Shown here: in pieces, positions 1-10,200 of the stretch | Layout: every line of letters begins with the position of its first letter | How positions within the stretch are numbered: position 1 is the stretch's first letter | Origin: Nemertoderma westbladi | Taxonomy: Eukaryota; Animalia; Xenacoelomorpha | DNA length: 50,029 nucleotides | Assembly (NCBI GenBank): GCA_032718475.1 | Contig: JAUCBJ010003166.1 | Coordinates: 1 to 50,029, forward strand | Direction of reading: 5' to 3' | Program-made: the position numbers and the translations under genes | Notes under the pieces: generated by a model | Told to the model about the DNA's origin: nothing | Databases searched by the model: none | The model's input: the letters and a program-made list of their open reading frames with translations, nothing else

Positions 1-710
1 TGACCTCCAGGTGGATACAACTGACCACCAGGTTGGATACAACAGTGACCTCCAGGTTGGATACAACAGTGACCTCCAGGTTGGATACAACTGACCACCA
101 GGTTGGATACAACTGACCACCAGGTTGGATACAACAGTGACCTCCAGGTTGGATACAACTGACCACCAGGTTGGATACAACTGACCACCAGGTTGGATAC
201 AACAGTGACCTCCAGGTTGGATACAACAGTGACCTCCAGGTTGGATATAACTGTGACCTCCAGGTTGGATACAACAGTGACCTCCAGGTTGGATACAACT
301 GACCACCAGGTTGGATACAACTGTGACCACCAGGATGGATACAACCGTGACCTCCAGGTTGGATACATCTGACCACCAGGTTGGATACAACTGCGACCAT
401 CAGGTTGGATACAACCGTGACCACCAGGTTGGATACAACTGTGACCTCCAGGTTGGATACAACTGTGACCACCAGGATGGATACAACCGTGACCTCCTGG
501 GTTGGATACAACTGACCACCAGGTTGGATACAACTGCGACCATCAGGTTGGATACAACCGTGACCACCAGGTTGGATACAACTGTGACCTCCTGGTTGTA
601 TACAACTGTGACCTCCAGGTTGGATACAACCGTGACCTCCAGGTTTGATACAACTGTGACCTCCAGGTTGGATACAACCGTGACCTCCAAGTTGGATACA
701 ACCGACCACC
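1..710. repeat. Minisatellite of mixed 24-bp and 22-bp units (TGACCTCCAGGTTGGATACAAC[AG/TG/CG] and TGACCACCAGGTTGGATACAAC); runs off the window start
   Basis: Units read directly in the sequence; the 24-bp unit gives the DTTVTSRL periodicity of ORF 311..775. Confidence 0.95.
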
Positions 711-724
711 AGCCACCGCCTGGG

Positions 725-1978
725 CCTGACCCAGGATTCTCGCCGCTGTGGCGACCCATCTTCCTTATCACCTGACCCAGGATTATCGTTGCTGTGGACG
801 ACCCATCTTCCTTATCGCCTGACCCAGGATTCTCGTTGCTGTGGACGACCCATCTTCCTTATCGCCTGACCCAGGATTCTCGTTGCTGTGGACGACCCAT
901 CTTCCTTATCACCTGACACAGGATTCTCGTTGCTGTGGACGACCTATTTTCCTTATCGCTTGACCCAGGATTCTCGTTGCTGTGGACGACCCATCTTCCT
1001 TATCGCCTGACCCAGGATTCTCGTTGCTGTGGACGACCCATCTTCCTTATCGCCTGACCCAGGATTCTCGTTGCTGTGGGCGACCCATCTTCCTTGTCAC
1101 CTGACCCAGTATTCTCGTTGCTATGGATGACCCATCTTCCTTATCGCGTGTCCCAGGATTCTTGTTGCTGTGGACCACCCATCTTCCTTATCGCCTGACC
1201 CAGGATTCTCGTTGCTGTGGACCACCCACCTTCCTTATCGCCTGACCCAGGATTCTCGTTGCTGTGGACGACCCATCTTCCTTGTCACCTGACCCAGGAT
1301 TCTCGTTGCTGTGGACGACCCATCTTCCTTGTCACCTGACCCAGGATTCTCGTTGCTGTGGACGACCCATCTTCCTTATCGCCTGACCCAGGATTCTCGT
1401 TGCTGTGGACGACCCATCTTCCTTATCACCTGACACAGGATTCTCGTTGCTGTGGACGACCTATCTTCCTTATCGCTTGACCCAGGATTCTCGTTGCTGT
1501 GGACGACCCATCTTCCTTATCGCCTGACCCAGGATTCTCGTTGCTGTGGACGACCCATCTTCCTTATCGCGTGTCCCAGGATTCTTGTTGCTGTGGACCA
1601 CCCATCTTCCTTATCGCCTGACCCAGGATTCTCGTTGCTGTGGACCACCCACCTTCCTTATCGCCTGACCCAGGATTCTCGTTGCTGTGGACGACCCATC
1701 TTCCTTGTCACCTGACCCAGGATTCTCGTTGCTGTGGACGACCCATCTTCCTTGTCACCTGACCCAGGATTCTTGTTGCTGTGGACGACCCATCTTCCTT
1801 GTCACCTGACCCATGATTCTCGTTGCTGTGGACGACCCATCTTCCTTATCGCCTGACCCAGGATTCTCGTTGTTGTGGACGACCCATCTTCCTTATCCCT
1901 GACCCAGGATTCTCGTTGCTGTGGGCCACTCATCTTCCTTATCGCCTGATCCAGGATTCTCGCCGCTGTGGACGACAC
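725..1978. repeat. 47-bp tandem repeat, about 26-27 copies (CCTGACCCAGGATTCTCGTTGCTGTGGACGACCCATCTTCCTTATCG)
   Basis: Unit starts at 771 and 818 (47-bp period). Copies are near-identical and have no unique spacers. Confidence 0.95.
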
Positions 1979-2335
1979 ATCTCCCACCTTCACCGTTTCC
2001 ACCACCAACTCTGCGTTTCCAACAGTTGCTAGAGACCTAATTAATCTTATCGCTGCTGCCATTGTAACGAACCCACAACGGAGACATAACATACGACGGC
2101 TTGCCAATACATCCCGGACTTTGACTCACCAATGGAGCTTGCGTTCTACCTAAGCCAGCCTTAAGTAGAATATATGGTACAATAGATGAATTCAAAACAC
2201 GTTTTAATTAATTTTAATAATGTTTTAATCATATACATCTGCCTTATATTTATTGTCTTAATTTTGAATTTCTAATTTAAACTATCTGCATAATATCTGC
2301 ACTTTGGGACAAATAATGAAATTGAATTTGAAGAA
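1976..2335 (+). mobile_element. Possible degraded 3' end of a LINE (CCHC knuckle-like remnant plus AT-rich tail)
   Basis: ISHLHRFH is followed by C-C-H-C-N-E-P-T-T-E-T-*-H-T-T-A-C (about 2052-2105), and the segment ends in AAATAATGAAATTGAATTTGAA, resembling a LINE 3' tail. Weak. Confidence 0.3.
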
Positions 2336-2407
2336 CGCCTGATTGGATCAGTTTCCATCACGATACGGTTTCCGATTCGGAGTGAGATAGCCAGGGGTTG
2401 TATTCCA

Positions 2408-2620
2408 TTTACAGGCGACTTCCAGCCTGTTTCTCAGACGACTTCGGGTAGGATTCACAGGCGACTTCCAGCCTGTTTCACAGTCGACTTCGGGCCGTAT
2501 TCACACGCGACTTTGGGCCGGATCTACACACGACCTCGGCCCGGATTTACGGACACCTTTGGGCCGGATTTACCGGGGACTTATAGATCAGTATTTACAG
2601 GTGATCTTGGTCTTGATTTA
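2408..2620. repeat. Degenerate ~23-bp tandem repeat (consensus near TTCACAGGCGACTTCGGGCCGGA)
   Basis: About 9 diverged units visible, decaying towards the 3' side. Confidence 0.7.
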
Positions 2621-3129
2621 AATGAGAATTCGAGCGGGCAGTTTTCAAAGCGATATTAGTCCCGGTATGTTACTGGACTACTAAAGGTAAGAACTATTCA
2701 ACCTGAAATCATTCACCTATTATCCCTCATATTAATATAATTAATAATTATGATTTAATATATTACATATCGCGTTGCATTTGGATGAGTCTAACTTTCA
2801 TGTCACAATTAATTGCCATCATAAATTGTTAGTATCTTAATTATTACACATATGCCTGTTTGTGTTTGCTTGCTCTTATTGTGGGCTTCATAAATAATTG
2901 TCCAACTGTCCAATTTCTCGTTGATTAATCACATAATCACTCCATTACTTTCTTTATTTAATTTTGATGTCTGTCTCATCAGTTTTACACCCGTTTCAAT
3001 CAAATATTTCCACCTGATTCTCTAGTAGTGATTTTGATAAACCTAAACCCAAGCTACATTCTACTGCATTATGTCGTACTGTATTCTCATTTTATTACAT
3101 CACTCAATTATATTCCCCGCTTATATTGT

Positions 3130-5880
3130 ACTTACACATTCTTCCTACCCTGACCCTCACCTCAATACATCCTTCGCAGAAAGGAAGGCTATGAATCCTT
3201 GAAACGGTGGAACACCGACGACCCTATCCAACTAGACTAATTGCTCTTCCCCATCCACAATAACGGGCATTGGTCCTTGCTCTCATTTTCGCCAAAGACA
3301 TGGGAGCTCAGATACTGTGACTCTCGGGAACACTAAACACACCAATCATCAATGATATTAAGAATTGGTTATCATTTCGAGGAACGCAGATTCAACCTTC
3401 CAACAAGGGACTTTCTTATATTTTCGGCACTCCCAAAACTCAAATTCAACAATTTTCAATGTGGTTGGTTTCTATGTATGCAAATTAGCGCAGCTAATTC
3501 TACAGCCTAAAACCTTCTCAGGTGTGAATGACAACGCTATTCAGACATTCCGCAAGCATCTCCACTCCCACGTAAAACCAAATCCCTCCTTATCAAAGGA
3601 GGTAACAGCCAACCAGACCATTCTCCCCCATGCCCACAGCAAACTCCTAGACCAGATAATCCTATCCATCCCAATCTCCCCATTCATTCCATCCCTCACC
3701 AGGACAATGACCAATACAACCCCAGCCCCATGGGGAGAAACCCATTGCACCACCCAGCAGACCACAGCGACATTAATCAACCAATTACGCCACCTGATAA
3801 AATACCCCCAATGACAGTCAACATCCACAATCTACGCTGGCCTCTCAAAAAACCAACCCCACCCCTCAAACACGGTCCCCACAAATCACAAATAAACAAC
3901 CATCACCCTCACAATCATTGTCATCTTCCTCACAACAACAGTCACAGACATCCTCTATTATCTCAACATCCCGAACTCCCTGCCCATCGTTGCAAGACAA
4001 CATATTCTGTCACCAGAAGCGGGAGACTTGACAAGTACAACGCCACAAACGGTCGTGTCTGTCCAGACTCACTCAGGCACCTCTGCGGAACACCCGACCC
4101 GACCACCCGAAGATCATATCGGTGTAACATTAATAGATGATGCCAAAGCCCCCAACCTTTGAGCCCTCTTACACCGACATCCGTAATCCAATTAAAGCCT
4201 TTCCCGAAGGCTCCGCGGCAGGTCCAGAAAATCTCAGACATCAACGTCTGAAATACCTCTGCTCCTTTTCCGTAGGTGATACAGCAACGGACTTCCCCAA
4301 AGGAGTAACCTCAGTTGCCAACTTGATGGTGAAAGGTGTTGTCCCCCAAGGAGTTCTACCCTTCCTTTATGGAGCCAAACTATGTGCCTTCTGCAAGCTC
4401 ACCAGCGGAGTCAGACCGATAGCAGTAGGCTGCACCATACGCAGGCTCACTGCAAAGACATGCTGCAAGCAAGCAATGCAGGATTCAGGGCTCCAACTAG
4501 CACCACATCAACTCGGCAGTGGTACACCCAGAGGAGCTGAGGCAGCAGTACATAGCGCTAGGCGATTCCTCCAGGAATCACAGGAAGCCAGCATCTTGGT
4601 AAATGTGGATATCGCAAATGCCTTCAACAGCGTGCATCGCAACCATGACCCGGAGTTTATCCAATACAACATCCCGCCCCTGTATAACCTATCTTACCAG
4701 GCATATGAGCAGCCATCACAACTGTTCTACCGAGACACCATCATCTCCTCAGATGATGGTGTGCAGCAAGGTGATCTCCAGGCATCAGGTGCTCGCCATG
4801 CTTCATCTCACCAACCCTCCCACAACTCGACACCACAATCCTTCAAGCGCTTGAGGTGGCGACCAACTCTAAACCTGACGACACTGCATGGAAACAAGCT
4901 TCCCTCCCAGTATCACTCGGGTGGTTGGATATTAGGATTACGTGGGACGTTTCAGTTCCTGCCTTTTTGGCATCAGTCTTCGGATGCACTCCCCTACTCC
5001 GAGCAATCCTCCCTCCTCATGTTGATGACAATACAGATCCAGCAATAACTCTTACCCTGACACATCTCCCCCCAGAAACAAATCCACAGAAAGCATGGCA
5101 CCACCTCCTTAGCCTCATCCGGTTTGAGGAACTACTTGCAGCCGCTAACACACCCCTCAGTAAGACACATCTGTTAGCTGCAAGGGCAGATCACTCTGGG
5201 GACAGGCTAAATAAACGCCCTTCCAATATCTTCTGTCGAGGATGAATGACCTACGAATTGGCGTAGCACTCCGCCTAGGCACTACAATCTGCACTGAACA
5301 TGAGTGTAGGAGCTGCGGTACTCAAGTGAACACCTCAGGCGTACATGGACTAGGCGGTGTCCACAACTATGGCAAATATACCCGCCACGCTGAAGCGAAT
5401 GACATAATCCACCGCGCCCTTAACTCAGCCGGTATACGATCCACCCTAGAACCCCGAGGCATGACGAGGGATGGAAAAAACCAGACGAAATGACTCCTTC
5501 GCCATGGTCAAAAGGCAGAATGCTCGTGTTGGACTACACAATCATGTAGGGATACCCTAGCGACATCCTACCTCCCAACGACGTCCCAGACTGCCGGAGC
5601 AGCAGCAATCGCAGCAGAACGATTAAAGTCAAACAAATACGCTGACCTGTGCCACGACTATCACTTTGAGACTATTGCTACAGAGACTATCGGGCCTATC
5701 GGTGCTGAGGCAACCAGCACCATTCGCGAGATAGGAAGGAGGATCGCCAATACCACTGGTGAACCCCGGTCCACAGCTTTCCTCCACCAACGCCTATCCA
5801 TGGCACTGGTGAGTGAGAGGAAATGCCACCGCAGTCCTCGGCACACAGAAAACTAGATTATATATTCTTACTTTAAACCA
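3130..5880 (+). mobile_element. Decayed CRE-like non-LTR retrotransposon (Ulp1-like protease, zinc finger, RT, restriction-like endonuclease), frameshifted and internally deleted
   Basis: RT motifs: GVRPIAVGCTIRRL, QLGSGTPRGAEAAVH, VDIANAFNSV, GVQQGD. Post-RT: QASLPVSLGWLDIR. Zinc knuckle: CRSCG...HG...RHAEAND. RLE: KPDEMTPSPWSKGRMLVLDYT ... K-SNKY ... QRLSMA...NATAVLGT. The YLDD-type catalytic segment is missing after GVQQGD. Confidence 0.85.
3184..3510 (+). pseudogene. Ulp1/SENP (peptidase C48) SUMO-protease domain remnant at the 5' end of the CRE-like element
   Basis: Frame +1 from 3184 reads EGYESLKRWNTDDPIQLD*LLFPIHNNGHWSLLSFSPKTWELRYCDS, matching the SENP pattern GY..VKRW...LLVPIH..HW.....YYDS. 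A frameshifted Q..(C)G.YVCK follows near 3445-3490. Confidence 0.75.
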
Positions 5881-6046
5881 TTAATAACACGTGTCGATTC
5901 GTCGTATGGGAATGTGATTATCTCCTGTACGACGAATAGATGCTGTTATTATTTTTTTTATCACATTTTATCATTTATTACATTTTATCCAAATTTGCTG
6001 AACAGGTGTATTGTTGTCTCCATAATTTAGTTTTTAGAGTAGTGTT

Positions 6047-6534
6047 GTTATCTGCAGGTCAGGTCAGGTGAGGTATTCTAGGTCATTGATCCAGAAAACT
6101 TGCCACCTCCATGCAGCATAAAGGAGGTGCCACCTGTAGCTGCATAGACCCTCTTACTAGGGCAAATCTGGTCCTGTAACTAGGACCCCCTTCGTTCTGG
6201 GATAAGGACGCCCTTGGTCCTGGATTAAGGACCCATATACTTGGCTGCAGGGGTATATGGCCTGACCAGGCAGATGGTGATCTACCAATGGCTGGTCAGG
6301 AGTAGAGTGTTCTCATGTCCACTCTGAGAGCACTTCACTGCGACCTGCACCTGGCAGCAGGGGTACAGGGCATGACCCAGCAGATGAGCTGCAACAGTCA
6401 ATGGTGGGTCATGTGCGCCAGAGTATATATGGGTGATGGGCCTCATATCTGACTCCATTGCGACACCCACCCTGTGGAATGGCAAACCAGGGTGTGGTAT
6501 TTTCCCCGAGAGCTGAGAGCTAGTTATCTGCAGG
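6047..6534 (-). mobile_element. ~465-bp retroposed insertion (SINE or 5'-truncated LINE) with a 12-bp target-site duplication
   Basis: GTTATCTGCAGG occurs at 6047-6058 and 6523-6534. The minus-strand end is a (CCTGA)-type microsatellite tail. The insert is GC-richer than its flanks. Confidence 0.65.
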
Positions 6535-7023
6535 CTAGACCCTTCTTGCTCGTCACCTCTACAATAACTTATTAGGTTATATAATGTCTTATTATTATTA
6601 TCATTGTAATATTATGTGTAGATTGATCTCGTATATTCCTTTATAGTATTTAGCATTCATCATTAATGTATATAATGTTAAATTCCTTTATTAATTTATT
6701 TTGTAATTATTAAATATAAAAAAGATTTAATTTAAATACCTGTCAATTATAGTGTATAACCAGTAATTTAATGTAATAGTATATAGTATATATATTCCAA
6801 TTATATAGGCCTAACTCAATATTTATTTAAAAAAATAAAAATAAAAAAATAGAGAAATATTAATCGTAATCGTAAACGAAATTTTATTATCAACGCAATT
6901 ACCGTACTCATATAGAATAAATAACGCGAAATAAATAGAATAGACGTCTAGGACGCTGATTGGATAAATATTTTATTATCCGCATTTTTGGAAGATTGAT
7001 TGGATATGGATAATAACTTTATT

Positions 7024-7268
7024 TTATTGTCCCCAAATTCGGACAGAAAAGTCATTATTGTCCGCACTTTTTGCGGACAATGCGGTGTTCAAAGTCAATG
7101 CATTACCTGATGTGGAGGACGTTATCGTTGTAACTTTTCTAGATTCCGTGACGTCACCACTTCCATCCACCGTGGTTGACGTCACTACCGTTGTCTTGGT
7201 AACCACAGTATTTCCTGTTGTAATCTCCTCAGTTGGACTTTCGTCCGTATCTTCTGTTTCTGGCAGAT
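7024..7268 (-). CDS. Exon 5 (last) of the MGGCLSK gene: (D)LPETEDTDES...SVRIWGQ*
   Basis: Acceptor TTTACAATGTTGTAG|AT, phase 1; stop TAA at 7024-7026. Confidence 0.7.
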
Positions 7269-10200
7269 CTACAACATTGTAAATTATATTGATTAAAGGA
7301 GAAGCTTTGTAGCAAGCCGACCACCTGATCAAGGAATTCTAGAAAAAACTACAATCGTTTTACAAGAAAGGCGTTCGGTATGAAAGTAAATTATTAATTG
7401 TTTTTGGCGTGTTGTATTTTTTGGTTTGTTGGTTCTGTTGACATCGGAAGCTGGTGCGACGCATTCCATGAATGAAAGTCATGACAGGAAGGCGCGACCT
7501 CTAGAACCCGGGCTGAAAGCACCAGGTAGAGACGAAGAGTTATTCACCCATCTCGATCTAATGATCACAGCCAGTGTCACCACCGTGCACAGTTAGTGAC
7601 GGTAGTCTGCCGTGGACCATAATTAACAACTTATATTTTTATAGCTAAACCTTTAGAATAGTCTGCTGGTAGACTTTGTAGATGTTCTGTGGCTTGACGA
7701 ATTTCTTCAAGAAGGTCCTCATCTATTTGATCGCCACCAACCTTGAAATCGAAATCATCATCACCAGCCACATCGTCTTTAGAACTTATGGGCAATATCA
7801 GTTGCTACAAAACAAACAGTGACAGAGCTTATAGCAAAGTTTATGGGCAATTCAGTTACTACAAAACAAACACCGTTATGGTTATAGAGCTTATAGCAAA
7901 GCTTATGGGCAAAATCAATTTCTATAACTCAAAGACAGTTAATAAGTTTATAGCAAAGCTTATGGGCAATATCAATTTCTATAAAACAAACACAGTTAAT
8001 AAATAGAGCTTATAGCATATCTTATGGGCAATATCAATTTCTATAAAACAAACAGAGTTAGAGTTATAGCATAGCTTATGGGCAATATCAATTGCTACAA
8101 AACAAACAGCGACAGAGCTTATAAGCAAAGCGTATGGGCAATACCAATTTCTATAAAACAAACATAGTTCATAGAGCTTATAGCAAAGCTTATGGGCAAT
8201 ATCAGTTACTACAAAACAAACACCGTTATATTTATAGAGCTTATAGCATAGCTTATGGGTAATATAAATTGCTACAAAACAAACAGTGACAGAGCTTATA
8301 GCAAAGCTTATGGGCAATATCATTTACTATAAAACAAACTATACAAAACAAACACCGTTATGGTTATAGAGCTTATAGCTAAGCTTATGGGCAATATCAA
8401 TTTCATAAATACAAACATAAACATTCTATAAAACATACACAGTTAATAGAGCTTATATAGTAAAGCTTATGGGTTATCAGTTACTAGCTTATTTACTTAG
8501 CTTATCAGTTACTATACAAAACAAACACCGTTATGGTTATAGAGCTTATAGCAAAGCTTATGGGCAATATCAATTTCAATAAAACCAACACAGTTATTAG
8601 AGCTTATAGAAAAGCTTATGGGCAATATCATTTACTATAAAACAAACTCCGTTATGGTTATAGAGCTTATAGTAAAGCTTATGGGCAATATAAGTTACTA
8701 CAAAACAAACACCGTTATATTTATAGAACGTATAGCGAAGCTTATGGGCTATATCAATTTCTATAAAACAAACACAGTTAGAGCTTATAGCCTAGTTTAT
8801 GGCCAATATCAGAAATTGAAAAATCCGGCTCTGCCAGCAGTAAGAAAAATTATCGAGCCTAATTTCGTAGCCAATGATTGAAATTTGAAAAATATTTGCG
8901 GGAGCGGGGGGTCTCAGACTCCTAAAAATGGTTGTTCTCGGTTCAGGACACCTTGTTACCCCTTATTCAATTGTTTCTAGCCAGGGATGTGCCGGATTGA
9001 CTATTTTCAAACCGGCCAGGCCGGAGCCGGATGTATAAAAAAAAATCCGGCCGGAATTCCGGCCAAGCCGGGTTTTTTTATATGTCACCACTTTTTTCCT
9101 TGAATCAGCCATATGGTACCTTTTTGTGCATGAACATAAATGGAGGGGAGGGAGGGTACCACGTCATTTGGGCGTTAGGTCCTGCATTATAGATAACGTA
9201 CTGGATCATGATCAGCAAGGTCATGATAAGAACTTTGACTTTAATAAGAATTCAGAAATAGAGATTAGTAAGTGTATGTCAAGTATCCCAACTAAACGGG
9301 ACGAGAAAAGCGTTATGCGTTGGTTGGCTGCAAATAAGGGATCATTTTCTAATTTATAAATACTTGTACATATATTTAGTATCACCAGCGTCTTCAATTT
9401 ATTCCGAGCGAATATTTGTAGAGGCTGCGAGGCTGGTAATGTATTTGATGAGAACCGCTCTCGTCTACTTCCGTATCATCGTTGAGATAAACTACTATTT
9501 TTGTGAGACAGGGGGGCGGGGGGGGGGGGGGGGGGGGGGGGGGGAACTCGACGCAAAACCCACCTTGGCGAATTAATATCCCGCTCCAATGTTAAATTCT
9601 CAATTTAGGGAAAGGCGCAGGTTACAGTGGCACGTTATCTTAACCAAAACAATAAACTAAACACAATAGAACGGGTTACAGTTTTATTTTTTAGAGTAAT
9701 CAGCTGTTATTTGCGTCGAATTTCCCCTGGAGAAGGATGAATTTTTATTGGGTCCAGTCCCCCCAGTTTTTATACTCTCGGAGTTAAATGTATTTACTAC
9801 AGTTTCTAAATTGCCTGTCGAATATATAAACTGGTCATTCAAGGTGGTAAGCTTAATATCAATTTATAACAAACCTAGCTAGACCAAACATCAACGCTTG
9901 CGCGCTGGTACAATATAATAATTATTGACTAATTATAATTAGTATATGGGTATACACATGTATTATTTATTCTATATTAATTGTTAGTGAGGTTGAGCCC
10001 AACCAAATACAAATATTATTGACAAAAAGTAGTCAGTCAGCTCAGCATATAGATACTCATAAAATTATAGCTCTGCTTTAGAGTTTATCATATTCATAAT
10101 ATTAATGAATGAATATAATACAAACAATTAAAATAATTGTATTGTATTCCATTGGATTTGCTTCTGTTTAAATTTGTTTAAATTTTTTTATTTTAATGTT

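Noticed and set aside
1-1978. CRISPR-like array interpretation of the 24-bp and 47-bp repeats
   Set aside because: Units are head-to-tail with no unique spacers, there are no cas genes, and the context is eukaryotic.
311-2153. ORFs 311..775, 400..771, 1452..1715, 1802..2107, 1823..2032 and 1968..2153 as genes
   Set aside because: They are translations of stop-poor tandem repeats, shift frame with the 22/47-bp units, and mostly use non-ATG starts.
7743-8881. ORFs inside the ~60-bp array (7743..8006, 7979..8323, 8618..8881)
   Set aside because: Repeat-derived; unit lengths vary and are not multiples of three.
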